Below are positions 12,917-26,870 of a DNA stretch of 64,000 bases, one piece after another. The stretch lies in assembly GCA_013265495.1 (NCBI GenBank), contig MU061579.1, forward strand, positions 5,702,963 through 5,766,962, in the 5' to 3' direction. The notes below the pieces were generated by a model. It was given only the letters and a program-made list of their open reading frames with translations, was not told the origin of the DNA and searched no databases. Position numbers and translations under genes: made by a program. Each line of letters begins with the position of its first letter. The first letter of the stretch is position 1. The DNA comes from Vicugna vicugna (Eukaryota).

Positions 12917-14602
12917 GGTAGTACAAGTCAGAACATAGACTTTTAATTTGGATTAACCTAAATTAAACTCATGTCCTGGGATTGTGAGACTGGCCAATTG
13001 AATACATCTCAATAGATAACTTTTAAACAATAATGATGGTCAGTTTTATAAAATGAGAATAATGAGGTATTTGAACAGAAGAGTCAATAAAGAGACTATA
13101 AAAGTCATCTCAGCAATAAATAACAAACAAATTTCATCTGTTTGGGTAACTCTGTCTAACTGATAATGATGCTCTAGAGCATGGCATGAAAATTCTGAGT
13201 CACCATTAAAACCTATAAGTGAAAAATATCATGATCAGTTAACAGTGTCTGCCCTGGACACAGGATAGGGAGATGTGTGCACCTTGGATTTACCAATCCC
13301 AATCTCTTATAAGTGTCTCCTCTTTGAAACTTCTCACCTCTATCCTAGAAAACAAAAAACTGAAACCTAGAGAGATCATATGTCTGATAAGAAGGAATGT
13401 GGACTAGCTGTTAGTCTTTCCATTATTATCATAGTTTATTCAAATTCTGTTGCTACTTGGATTCTTAAAGTAATGAAGTAAATTTATTTTTGTATGTATT
13501 CCTCTAGATTCAATCTGTTCACTTGATTCCTCTCTATTTTTCTATTCCTCCTTATTTTAAATTGAGGGAGCAGATTTTATTTTTTATTATGCTAATGTTG
13601 AAAAATAAACACAACTACTGGGGACTGAATGTTTAAGTTAAAACTCTTATATGTGATAATAATGTCTTTGAGGCACTATGACTATGGAGAACACTTAAAA
13701 ATCAAACAGAAAGAGATAAAACATAATTAAGAGATTTGAACTTATCTAGCTTTATTTTTTAAAAAACATTTGATATTTACAACAAGCTAGCAAGAAACAA
13801 TTTCATTTTGACAAAATTACATTATTTCAATCCTACACATAATTTGAATAACTTCTTTGAGTTAGCTACCATTCCAACAAATTTAAATTCACAATATTGT
13901 GTTCCACAGATATAGCATAAGCAAAAGGACATTGGTTAGTTCACCTAATCCTAAGACCAGTCTGCAGGTGACTTCTGCTCTTGCTTTATTGGCAAATACA
14001 GTATCTCTTAAAATTCAATAACCATATCTCCTTATGGGCCAAGTGGCTGATTTTTAAAGAGGTAAGTGACAAATTTTCTCAGCATGCCCTGAATGACGAC
14101 CTCTGTTTCTCCTCTCTTGTTCCATAATATTTTCTTTGTTCTTAAACACGTATATTTTCTTGTGTTATCCCAATCTTTCCTCTGTATCTTCTACCATGTA
14201 CATTGTGAAGGCATAAGGAACCTTCTCTTTTGCCAAGCAAACTGTTAAAGCAGTGATCTTGGGGGGAAAGTTTGGAAAAAATACTAACTTCTAGTTTTGA
14301 CTTTATGCAGTTTATGTAATTATATGATTTTAAAATAAAATAGTATATTAACTTTGAGAAAATTGGAATACTTTTGTAAAAGTTGCCTTTGTATTTTAAA
14401 TTTCGCTACAGTTTTTCTGGGCCTTTTACTGAATTATTACTGAAGCATCATCATAGTGACTGACACATAATATTATTCATGAGATTCTAATGAGAAGCAT
14501 AATATATCTATACTTATTTGATATTAAGAAGATATTTTATATACTTAAATTCTGAGCTAATATAATTTTGTTATTTCATTGTCATATCTCTACTGGCTTC
14601 TT

Positions 14603-15547
14603 TTTTTTAAACATTTTTTAAATTAAGTTATAGTCAGTTTACAATGCTGTTAATTTCCAGTGTAGAGCACAATTTTTCAGTTATACATGAACATACATGT
14701 ATTCATTGTTGCATTCTTTTTTGCTATGAGCTACCACAAGATCTTGTATATATTTCCCTGTGCTATACAGTATAATCTTGTTTATCTATTCTACATATGC
14801 CCATCAGTATCTACAGATTTCGAGCTCCCAGTCTGTCCCTTCCCACCTCCTTCCCCCTTGGCAACCACAAGTTTGTATTCTATGTCTGTGAGTCTGTTTC
14901 TGTTTAGTATTTATGTTCTTTTTTTTTTTTTTAAGATTCCACATATGAGTGATCTCAAATGGTATTTTTCTTTCTCTTTTTGGCTTCTTCAGTTAGAATG
15001 ACATTCTCCAGGGACAGCCATGTTGCTGCAGATGGCGTTATGTTGTCATGTTTTTATGGCTGAATGGTCCATTGTATAAATATACCACATTGCTTGTTTA
15101 GGTCTTCTGCTTATTTTTGGATTGGGTTGTTTGCTTTTTCTCATTAAGTCATATGAGCTGCTTATATATTCTGGAGATCAAGCCTCTGTCGGTTTCATTT
15201 GCAAAAATTTTCTCCCATTCCATAGGTTGTCTTTTTGTTTTACTTATGGTTTCCTTGCTGTGCAGAAGCTTGTACGTTTCATTAGATCCCATTTGTTTAT
15301 TCTTGCTTTTATTTCTATTGCTTGAGTAGACTGTTCTAGGAGAACATTTTTGAGATGTATGTCAGGTAATGTTTTGCGTGTATTCTTCTAGGAGGTTTAT
15401 TGTATCTTATTTTATGTTTAAGTCTTTGATCCATTTTGAGTTGATTTTTTGTGTATGGTGTAAGGGATTGTTCTAACTTCACTGCTTTACATGCTGCTGT
15501 CCAGTTTTCCCAAAACCATTTGCTGAAGAGCCTGTCTTTATTCCATT
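14603..15547 (-). mobile_element. Young 5'-truncated L1 (3'UTR plus ORF2 C-terminal part)
   Basis: ORF 15336..15578 contains [28 protein letters not shown] (L1 ORF2); T-rich tail; 13-bp TSD ctactggcttctt (14590-14602) / ctattggcttctt (15548-15560). Confidence 0.93.
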
Positions 15548-15564
15548 CTATTGGCTTCTTCACT

Positions 15565-16260
15565 TTATACTTCAGCAATTTCTTTTAGATTTTGCTCATA
15601 ATATGCACTTCATCATAATATATTCAAGGTTAATTCTGTACTATTTCATTAAAAAATGTAAGAAATTTGCAAAAGCAGTTTTATTATGCCCCATTCATAG
15701 CACTTTAACTGTCATGTATGTTACATCAATACACATTATAAACCTCATAATACAATATTATAATTATTTCTGAAAGCAGTACTATATTTTTAAAATAAAT
15801 AGAGAAAAAAAGTCTACATTGTGCATATCCCTGTATATATTTACCATTTTTGGTGTTATTTCTCCTTATAGATCTGAATTTTCATCTGGCTATTTTCTTT
15901 TAGCCTAAATCCTTCTATTTAGTATTTCTTATGTGCAGAGTTGCCAGCAAAGAATTATCTCACTTTTTCTTTATAGAAAAATGCACTTGTTTGCCTTCAT
16001 TTCCAAAGGATATGTTTACAGGATATGGAATTTTTCAGTGACAAGGCTTTGCTCCCTTTCAACACATTAAAACTGCCATTCTACTGTTTTCTGTTATGCA
16101 TGTTTTCTTGTGAGAATTCAGCCATTACCCTTGTATCCTCTACATAATGTGTCCTTTTTCTCTGTTGCTTTTCAGATTTTTACTTTTTAATCTTCAGTTT
16201 GATGTTACTTGACTATGACGTGCCCAGATGTTACTCTTCTTGTTTTTATTCTATGATAGC
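15565..16260 (-). mobile_element. Old L1 fragment
   Basis: Antisense L1 motif ttgccttcatttccaaaggatatgtttacaggatatggaatt, resembling 6590-6650; boundaries approximate. Confidence 0.6.
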
Positions 16261-19200
16261 GTCCGAAAGGTCTTGGCTCAGTCTTTGAATAAGTTGTCTG
16301 GCTTTTTCTTTAGGTTTAGGGCTTACTTGTCTTCTGCATATGGAAGACCAAACAGCACTCCAACTCCACACCTGCCATTCACACCCTGTCCGCTAAGGTA
16401 ACCACCATTATTTATTGGTGAATATCTTTTCTAATCTTTATTTATACTCATAAACACACATATGTTGATTGTTAAAACGTTAATATTATACTTACTGCTC
16501 TGTACTTGGTGCTGATCATTTAACAAAATATAACTATCCTTCCAGGTAAACGGTTAATATCTAAGAAGTGTCTACATCATTTTGTTAAATACTGGCATGC
16601 TATTCCATATTAGATATATAGCGTAATTCCTTTATGAATATCCAAGTGGTTTCTAGTTTGTTACCATTTTGTTTAATTACAAATAAAGATATAATTGTAT
16701 TTGTATTTTAGAAAGATCAATCCACCCCATATCCAGAAGAGAAGAAGCCTTAAAGGAAACTTAAAGGAAAAGTCAGTTACATAGAAACCATTTACAAAGT
16801 GGACTTAAAGATTTGGAGAAATCCTTTGGAAGGAAATAATATGTAGACTAAGACTTGATGGATGAGTAGGAATTAGGTAGCACAGAAAGGCAGAGGAAAC
16901 TTCTAGATAGACACTTCTGTATGACAAAGACAGGGCACATTTTTGTGGAGGGAATACAAACAGTTAATTATTGAAAATTTGAAATTGGAAAGAAGAGATG
17001 ACAGAAGATGACACCTGACTAATATCATGGGCCAGACAGTAAAAGTTCCACAAGTGAGTTTGTTCTATGGACTACATTTTTTTTTTACTGATTTTTTCTG
17101 TTTCAAATAGATCAAAATAATGCTGTTGTTTAAAATTGTATGTTTTCATTCTTTTCCTTAAGTCTGTGAAAGAAGGAGCATAATTCAACACAGTTTTACT
17201 TTTCCTCAGATTCCTAAGGGTAGTCTCATTTGTACAGCAGAAAAAAAGAATGTGGGTTAAATAATATCATCTAATGTGAAATATGACTATCAATTACAGA
17301 AATTCATTAATTAAATTAAATATTTGTCAGCAGTTCTATACACTTGCATTATTTTCAAGATTTTCTATCAAAACAATCTCATTAAGTACTGTATATTAAT
17401 CAGAATGTTTACCATTTAATTTTGCCTAACATTGCTTTGCACTTAGGTTTTGAAATCTTTTTCCATTATAATTTTAAAGTAATTAGCTCACACAAAAAAG
17501 TAATTTGCAGGTTTGTATAATTGCACAGATGTTAGTCGGCTACACTAGAAAGAGAAGAATAGCAAGACTCTGTGATTCTCCTTCAACAAGAAAATAAAGA
17601 GACAAGAACATGCATAAAGTTGTTTTTCTCTTGATAATTTCTGTAAATCTATTTAAAAATTGCATCCAGTAGATTGAGCTTAATAAAAGTGTAGTGTAGA
17701 AAATTGTTTCTGAGCTCCTGAGATTAGTCTAAGCAACTTAGAAAACTAATTAGTATATGGGGAAAATGTAATTTAAAAAGGCAAAATAAGACATATGAAT
17801 GATTTACCCTTTTTATCCCTTAGTCTTACATAAACTTAAAGACAGAAAAGCAAAGATAAAGAAATTATTTTCCATTCAGCTGTACCAAAGTTTAAGAATT
17901 TACATTTGAGATCAGTTTATCCATTGACTTTTCTTTGTTGAGAAAGTTTTTAAGTAAGTTCAGTTATGAAAACGTTTACAAAGGTAGATATACAAACCTC
18001 AAGTTGTATGCAAATATTTAATTATTTCTAGCTTCACTGTCCCTCAAATTTGTTCTGAAACATGCAAAAGATATAGCATGTTACATGTGGATATTTATAC
18101 TGCAGATAAGCCTCATTAAGTGTTTTAATTTAATATTCATTGAAATTACCTGCATGTATAAAATTAACTAATTTTTACTATGCACGTCATTTTATTGTTC
18201 TCCATATCTACTGTTCCAAATAATGATCTGCTGACTTTATTAGTCTGTACACATAAAAATATCAATTCTGTTGACAAAATTGTTTTACTAGTTGGTATCA
18301 TTATTGCTTTATCTAATAAATAGTATTGAAACATACTGGGCTGACTTGCATGACCTTATAGTACCTAGGGATTAATAAGACATTTCTCACTTCTTTCCTT
18401 CATTGTGTTCTTAAGGAACTTTCCTCTCGGCCTGCCCTTATCTCGTATTTTTAATAAAGTGGCTAATACATGACCTTCTTCATCCTTGACTGTGATGTAC
18501 AATGGCAAACCAGGATTTCCACTGGTATGCTGTGGCTGACATCGTCAAAAGGGAGGTAAGATTACCAATAATGGAATTTAAGAAGTTTCAGAATTCAGGT
18601 TCACCCTGGATAAGCTTGGATGCTTATCTAATGCTTATTCAAACCTTCTGAATCGGTAAAATTGAGCTGTAAATGTCACAAAGCACATTTTCTCATGAGA
18701 TTTGCTATATTTTAACTTCTGTTCCAAACCAGGAATACCAGTAGGACAATTTCTCTTGCAATATCCTTGTAGCACTTTTTCAAATCAGAAAAGTGAGAAC
18801 GAAAATGCAAGGGAAAAAACAGACAGAATCCAGATTCATTTAAATATATATATTTATTATATACATAGGTTTAAAAAATGGAGATGGCAAAATTGGAAAA
18901 TATATTCTATTCTTATTGAATTTTTCAAAACTAAAATACGTCTGGGTCCAGTTTTCTCATTCAGTTAGTACGTGGAATTAATAAAATTTGTGTCATCAAT
19001 GCATTTTCAAGATCAGCAGAAGAATCAGTCTATGGAACTGTACTTCTGCTCTCTAAAAAGCCATCCTGCCAACATGGACACTGAGCAGACCTAGAAGGAA
19101 CATTTAGTATTTAAGCTCCTTCAAATTTTATGCTGAGAAAGAATGATATAAATATAAGAAAAACTCATATCTCTATAATTTTAGTTACGTATCTATACAA

Positions 19201-19299
19201 ATAAAGCTTACATGTTTATATATTTTTATTTCAAATGCTGTTAATTAGCTAGAATTCTTGCCATGGTGACTAATAGTAGCAACGTAAACGTAAGCAAAT

Positions 19300-19510
19300 C
19301 AGCCTGTAGGCACACTTCCTGCATTTGACTGTCAAGGTTAGCATTTATTTGCTGTTTGATCTTGGCACCCAGCAGAACCTAAGACCCTCTGGTTCCTAAT
19401 CTGTAAACATAGATAATGATAACACTTAATTCATTAGTGTTGGTGAATCTAAGAGATAAGCACTAATCTCCTAGCACAGTGCCAAGCATAAAATTAGTAT
19501 TAATGTCATT
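19300..19510 (+). mobile_element. MIR SINE
   Basis: Core ttcctaatctgtaaacatagataatgataacac and tail ctagcacagtgccaagcata. Confidence 0.65.
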
Positions 19511-20084
19511 ATTATTTCTCTAAGTTTATTTCTCTATGCTTATATCATTATATCCTATGTGTCATGAAGTGTAGAGTAGAGCTTATAATTTTTTAGCTTT
19601 CTACCTTTAGAATATTACATTTCTACACTCTGCAAAATATCTTTTTTTTGAGAGTCTTGTCATCTCTTCTGTACTTTCTGCTCTTCCACTTTTCTGTCAC
19701 CCAATAGCCTTCTAATTACTCCCTACTCATTCATCAAGGACATAAACTTGTGTTCCATTTCATTCATAAATCCTTATAGATTCCCTGAGAAATGTGTCAA
19801 TGACAAGAACCCTCCCAATTTTGAAATCACTAATTTCTGAACCTAACCACCCATCTCTCTAGCCCCCTTACTCCCTCACTTGTGACAATGACACTTTATT
19901 TCCAAAGCCTTAATTTTAGATCATTCAAACATTAACCTACTGCAGCTCTTCCCCAGTACTTGGAATGATGACTGCTTATGAAAATTTCACTCAACTATGG
20001 GAAATAGGCCACAACCATCTCTGCCCTTAATGATATCTTATCAGTCCCATCAGCCCTTCTTTTACAACAAATAGGTGTTGACTT

Positions 20085-21030
20085 CATTAATTCAACAAAT
20101 AGGTGTTGACTCGCTACTCTGGGGCAGGCTGTTCTAGCCTGCAGGAATGCAGCAGTGAGCACAAGTTACATGGTGTTTCCCTTCTTAGAGCTGGGTTCCT
20201 ACTGTGAGAGACCTGGTTTTAACCAGTAATCACCCAATTAGTGTACTTACACAGTGCATGAGTGTTATGAGCTAAACTCAATGAAAGTAGGAGAAAATAA
20301 AACTTTAAAAAAATCTCTTCTTAAAGGGATGATAGGCATATATGAGGACTTAATACTTAAACTGAGACTTAAGGATAAGAAGAATGAGTGAAATACAGGA
20401 CAAAGGGTGAGCAGAATGAGAAACATCAGGTGGTAAAAAGAGCACGCAACAGAATCCTGAGATAGAAGAATCAGTCACAAAATAAAGGGGTGGCTGGAAG
20501 GAAGCCCAGGGCCATCACATAAATCATTTTTTAAAATACAGGAATGTGTGTGTAAAACTGAAAAATTGTGCTCTACACTGGAAATTGACACAATATTGTG
20601 AACAGACTATAACGCAAAAAAAAAGTTAAAAAATAATAAATAAATAAAATTAAAAAATATCAAAGTACAGAAATAACCCCTGCTGGATTAGAATAGAAAT
20701 CTGGAATAAAAACCCAATAAACGATAGGATAAAAATATTTCTTTAGATCATTCTGATAGTTGTTTGAATGGACAAAGGCTGGAGTGAAATCAAGATAACA
20801 AATCCGAGAGATATGACAGTATCTCAGCTGAAAAAGAAAATAAAATGTCCCTGGATTTAAAGATACATTTTGCACATAGGACTGAGCTGGATGTAAGGCT
20901 GAGGAAATGAGTGGAATCAAGGATGACTTCCAGGTTCGTATCACGGGAATCTCCATGAGCACTACTGGCATTAACTAAGATGGGAAAGGCTGGAGGAAAA
21001 GCACATTGTGATGAGGGGATACCATGAGTT
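20085..21030 (-). mobile_element. L2 LINE fragment (interrupted by a short L1)
   Basis: ttcattaattcaacaaata 3' end and gaaatgagtggaatcaaggatgacttccaggtt motif typical of antisense L2. Confidence 0.7.
20546..20661 (+). mobile_element. Very short L1 3' end with A-rich tail
   Basis: aactgaaaaattgtgctctacactggaaattgaca is the reverse complement of the L1 ends at 9190 and 14650; imperfect TSD aaaatacaggaat (20533-20545) / aaagtacagaaat (20662-20674) after TT/AAAA. Confidence 0.85.
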
Positions 21031-21934
21031 TCTCAGATCTCCCACCTGGAATCTCAAATCCTGTGCCTTCAACAATGTGGTGGGGATTGATGTATCTGTA
21101 CTGCCATTTCAGACTGCCAATATCTGCTTACTAGCTCACTTTGGTTTTTAACTCATTGGTGCCCCCATTGTTAACATGTTCAAACCCTACACACATTTGT
21201 GTGTGTGTATGTGTGTGTGTGCGCATCTATATTCCATGTATCAAAAAGCAAATAGTGAAATCCGTTCCAAAAACACAGTTCACTACATGGATATCACTTT
21301 ACATTGCAATAACGTGATGTATTCTCAAGGTACTTTTGAATTTATACCTCTTCATATGGCATGGCTACTAGATATTAATAAGTGTAAATGTTAAGTTGCA
21401 AAAATATGCAGAATGAAGTTCAAAATAGGCTAATGATTTGTTTATTCAAGGCTCCAAACCTGGATCAGATAAATCTAGTATCAAAGACTTATAAGTCTGA
21501 CTTTAAATTTAGCAAAAATATACAATCTATATTTGTAGTCAAAGTTCTTATGTTAAGATTCTAGCCCTATGCTGGTCATTAATTAATTTGTGATGCAATA
21601 AAAATACAGTGAATGGTTATACACAGCAGGTACTTCAAAAGACACTGGAGATTTATAACTGGAAAAATACAATCTATGAATTCATAGAGTTTGCTATCTT
21701 TATTTCAGGAGGAATGAAAAGCCACTTCACGTTTCTGGGTCATAGTGTCTTAAGCTTTAAAATAGGGAAGAAAATAATGTTTGCTTTATATATATTGAGT
21801 GTGTTCAAGTGTATATGTGTGAGAGAGAAAGAGAAAGAGAGAAGGGAGGGCGGGAGGAAGGAAGGCAAGGAGTGGGTGGGGGAGAGAGTGTTTTGTTAGG
21901 AAGATAGGAGGTTTTGGTATAGCAATCCTATGAT

Positions 21935-22435
21935 TTCTGCAGATCTCTGCTGTTAGATTGCCTGGGTTTTTATCCCAGGTCCAACACTAACTCCGTAAAA
22001 TCAGACAATAAATATAATAGGAAGCACACAAGTTGCGCTTGCGGAGGGCCAGGCACTGCTCTAAGTTGTATGTTCATATTTACTCAGCAATCCTCCTGAC
22101 ACCCCTCTGTGTTTGTTACACATTATTTTACCCCCATTTTATGACTGGGAAAGTTAAATACAGAAGGTCTAAGTAATTTGCCCAGATTTAAGGAGCTGGT
22201 ACAAAACAGAGCCAGTCTTCAAGTCCAAGCTGTTTGACTTTAGATTTCTGTACTCTTTAACTATTGCATTATGCAATACTTACAATCTCTACATCGTTTT
22301 ATTTTCTTACCTGTAAAAGAGAAAATATTACAGTGCCTATTTTTTAAGATTGTTAAGACTAAATGAATAAGTACATGTAAAGCACTTTAGGTCAAACTGA
22401 GATCATAATGAACTCTCAGTAGGTATTAGTTATTA
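21935..22435. mobile_element. Two nested MIRs in opposite orientation
   Basis: Plus-strand head (agattgcctgggttttt atcccagg) and tail (cctgtaaaag...tacatgtaaagcactt) flank a minus-strand MIR at about 22010-22274 (ccaggcactgctctaag...cccattttatg...aagtaatttgccca). Confidence 0.7.
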
Positions 22436-25400
22436 CACGTTTTGTTCATGCACCAATGGCTACATAATAACCTTTAGTGATTTTAATTTCTCTAGTCACC
22501 TTTTATTCTGGATCTTGCCACACTGTTATTTCTCCTATTCTTTCTTATTTCTGTTACATTTTCATCTTAATATTCACATCATCTGAAACTCTCAGCTTTT
22601 CCTCTAACAACCACTGCCAAGGGCAAGTGAGCGCAAGAGAAGATGTGCTAGGATGCTGACAGGAAGATGGTGCTGTGACAGGATATTGTAAGAGGAGGAT
22701 CTGGTAAGGGTTAGACGTGAAGGTAGAAGAAAAAGTACAGGCACTATCTCTTTCTTAGGGATGCTGTTAATGGGGAATCTATTTAAAATAAATACCTGAG
22801 TTGGAAAAGATGTTATCAAAAACAAACATTGCAATTGAAGCATCAGAAATTATACTCATAATTGTTTTGAGTAGAGGCTTGCAGATAAGCTCCATTTTTA
22901 CTTAGCACCTTGGTATTCCTCTTGGTACCCCACTACAGGATGTCTCTCCTCATCCAGGAAGTCTATTTACCTGCCCTAATGTGTAGGTTTATATTCAGAA
23001 ATTGGCCAGTTCTCTAAAGAAAGAAATGGCTGTTCCTTGAAACACCCTCAGGTCTTGACTCTTCAGCTCTTAAGCTCAAAGTGACTGGTATTTTTTTTTT
23101 TTAAATAAGATGTAACACCAAGTCTAAAACCTAAATAATAGCTATAGTAGATCAGTCAGGATTTTCACAAAGATGTCAAACTTACGTTATATACAATATA
23201 TTAGAATTTTTTTATTTTGATCACTTCTACTGAGATTTGTGTCTTCTCATTATCCCAAAGAAATCATCTGACGTTTTTATTTGTATTTCAGCTATCAGTA
23301 ATAAACAAAGAAACAAGGTAGAAAAGATTAATAAAACTATAGCTCAAGGTGTAGGACACATTGATGAAAAGCCAACAGGCAGCCTCTACCTTTGGAATCT
23401 GTGTGACAGATCTAGTACAATGAAAAATGGCCAGAAAACAGGGAAAGATAACAAAGGAAAAAAAGGGATACATTGATTTAGAAATACACAAAATGATTTG
23501 CCTTTTCTCTTTAAGGAAGGATATGGCATTTAATCAAAGTTATAAATGCAATATAAACAAAGGAGGATTTATCAGTGTTCTTATGGTTCAGTAGTACGTC
23601 AAAGATTTCAAATGCTCATCCATCTTTTATGAAAAAATAAAATAGTGTAACTCCTTCATTTTTTGAACATATCACGATCTGTAATTGAGTAGATAATTAT
23701 TATAGCTATATTTCATAAATAGTTCATTTTAAAACTCCCTGCAGCTTTTTAAAGTTACATATTAAAATGCATATACTTATAATACATTTATATTTATAAT
23801 TTTAGACAGATGTAAATATATATGCTATAAACATATATATTATAAATGGTTCAAAGAGATCCTAAAATACATAGTATTTAGGCATCAAGGGAACAATATT
23901 AAGCAAATGAGACCCCCAAATCTATGTGTGTCCCTGTTTTTGAAAGGATGGAGTATTTTAGAAGAGAGGAGAATTTGAATTATATTAAAATTGCCCATGA
24001 CTTCAGTTATGACCAGTCCAACAAGTATGTTTCCACATTGTTTTATATATATATTCAACATTTAAGTGGACCAAAAAACAAGTAGCTTCAAAATTATATT
24101 TCAAGTGCACCAAGGGGAAAAAAAGAAGCTTCAAAATTAGATTATACACATTACTTTAAAAAATGTTTTAATCTTATTTGATTTAATAATAAAATCAATT
24201 GCAGTGCCAGGTGATTGTTTTATGTGCTAGTAATGTCAAATGTTCTTCATTTATCCTTTTTTTTTAGGATAGTAAAATATTCAGTGGAAAATATCTACAA
24301 GTCCACACAGTACAATGAAGTAAGAGTACGATGTGAGGACAACATATGGCTTTTCCCAAGCAAACTTCAGTTCTTGAAATTTAATTTGAACAAGAGAAAA
24401 ATTAATTAGAAACATGGTCTGTGTTAGTAAAATTTCGAATGAACCTTAATGTTTAGCAGTAGAATTTTTTAAAATTATGTTTATGTATTTGGAATATTTA
24501 AGAGTCATGAAGCATGTATACATTTGTAAACAACTTCCTTATGTACTAGTAAATGAAAAAGTCAGATTTCAAGACAGAATGTGAAGTAAGACCAGTACTG
24601 ATGTTGAGAGAGAGGGAAACTTATAAAATAATTATTACTGGTTATAGCCTAGAGGACTATTGACTATTACTTTCAATGCTCTACATCTCTATATTTTTAT
24701 AAAGTTTTGCAACAGAATACATTTCTTTTGTTTTAGTAAAGATATTTTCATTAAAAACACACATTTTCCTCGCTGCACAGTCTTTTTGTTAAACAACCCC
24801 CAAACTAATTATAATCTCCTATAAAATATGCTGGGTTTATATGATGAGCAGTCCTTCTTCAACTTGATTTGAAAAGCTAAACAAGAACAGGTTAAATTAG
24901 AGTAGATCATTTCCCTCTATTGTGAAAATTAAAATGTAAGCCTCATTTATTTAAAAAAAATCAGGACGTTTATTATTATCTTCCAGGAGAAGTACTGCTG
25001 CATATTACTGTTCTGTCTGACATTTTGTAAATAATGCCACATCACCTACAGGGAGAGTTCCCTAATCTGCGGAGAGCTGTGGTATGGGAGATGCACGTAT
25101 GACCAGAAGAAGCTTTACTAAGCTTATCAATGTGTAGCACGTGGCGCAGAACATTCTATATTATGTTTGAGTGCTTCTTGACCCAGAACAATTCAGTTGT
25201 GTGTCCTAGGGTACAGTAACTTACCCTTCAGTAATCACTACGATGAATCACAAAGAATTGGATTCAAAAGGCTGGAAAGACTAAGGGGGCTCTTTTTATT
25301 AAAGGGCTCATCTTGGTACTATTTACTTCCTGCTGATCTTTATAAATCTTGCTAGTCTCATAAATCTTCTTAGTCTCCTCTCAATCCCTTTTTTATATGT

Positions 25401-25932
25401 TAATACATTTTAAGAAGAGAAAACTGATGCCAAGTTTTGCCTAGTATTATTGCCTTAAGGGACAAAAAAAGGACAAACAATGAATAAAGAAAATGAATGC
25501 TTTTACAATGAGTTAAAGTAGTAAATTAACGCCAAACTGTATACATAAAATAGAGGAACAGTTATTTCTATATTCCTGTACGAATTTATAAAGAGTCAGT
25601 TTATTTATGAATTTACTATCCCAATGTTTTTTTTTATATTCATTTTTTATCCTGGTAAAATACACATAATATCCCAAATACTTTTAAGTAACATTTAATA
25701 AGTAAATAAATAGAATCAAATGCACAACTTCCACTTCTTAGTCATTAGACAATTTTGGTGTTTTGCTAGTTTGAGGTTATCTGAGGGTGAACTGGGAGGA
25801 AAAAGAGATAAATGAATTAAGACTAAAATACTCAATTCTGAGCACCTTAACCTTCCTCCCTCCTCCAAGGACCTCAGTACCTCTCCATTGCCTCAGGCTG
25901 GGCTCTGTCTGTGGGTTCTAAAATTCTAATAA

Positions 25933-26075
25933 CTTTTTTTCTGTTTTTTGGGTGGGGGGGAAGATAATTAGGTTTGTTTGTTTGTTTGTTTGTTTTTATT
26001 GGAGGTTCTGGGGATTGAAACCAGGACCTCGTGCATGCTGAGCACATGCACTACCACAGAACTGTACCCTCCCAC
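25933..26075 (-). mobile_element. tRNA-Ala(AGC)-derived SINE (camelid-type)
   Basis: ctggggattgaaaccaggacctcgtgcatgctgagcacatg is an antisense tRNA-Ala body with B box; (GTTT)n tail; imperfect TSD aaattctaataa / aaattctgatga. Confidence 0.9.
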
Positions 26076-26385
26076 AAATTCTGATGAATCTTGATTATTA
26101 TAGAAGTTTATTCATCCAGATCTCACGATTCTTACTTTCAGTTAACCTCCTTTCAACTCATTAAATATTCCAATGCGTGGCCTTTCCTTGTTCTCTGAAT
26201 CTCACTTTCACAGCCCCAGTTTCTCATCTCAAATTATTCTGAATAAACTACCTTATTTTGTCACAATTCACTTCTCTCTCACTAATAATATCAATGACCT
26301 AAGATTCTTGTTCATTCATGCTACTAGGTGGCTTCATTTTGTCAGAATCTAGTCAATGCCCACTGTTCTTTTATTTAAAAAGCAG

Positions 26386-26870
26386 TGCATTATTAATTTC
26401 TTGTGCTTGTTTTAACAAATCACCACAAACTTGGTAGCTTAAAACAACACATTTCTCTTGAAACAATCGCACTTTTTAGGGTCATCCAAAATCCGCTCCC
26501 ATGGTGTGAAATCAAGGGGACAGCAGGGCACAGCTCCCTCCAGAGGTTCTCTGGTAAGAGCCATTCCTTGCCTTTTCCAGCGTTTAGAATGTTCCTTGCA
26601 TTCCTTGACTCTTGGCCTTTTCTTCATCTTCAAAGACCGCAGCTTACTATCCTACTCCAGTTCCCAACTCACCTTCCGTCTCTGTAGTCAAACACCCCTG
26701 CTTCTCTTTATAAAAACACTTTTGACTATATTTATGGTCCCCACTGGTAATCCAGGATAATCTCACCATCTCAAGATCCTTAATTTAATGACATCTGCAA
26801 ATTCCTTTTGCTGCAAGTTTCCAGGGTTCAGGACCTGGGTACTTTGGGAGGCCATTAGTAATTCTACCAA
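26386..26870 (-). mobile_element. MaLR LTR (MLT1C/D/E-like)
   Basis: taacaaatcaccacaaacttggtagcttaaaacaacac ... taatccaggataatctcaccatctcaagatccttaatttaatgacatctgcaaa. Confidence 0.85.

Noticed and set aside
15336..15578. ORF with clear protein similarity
   Set aside because: It is a fragment of L1 ORF2 in a truncated, disrupted element, not a host gene
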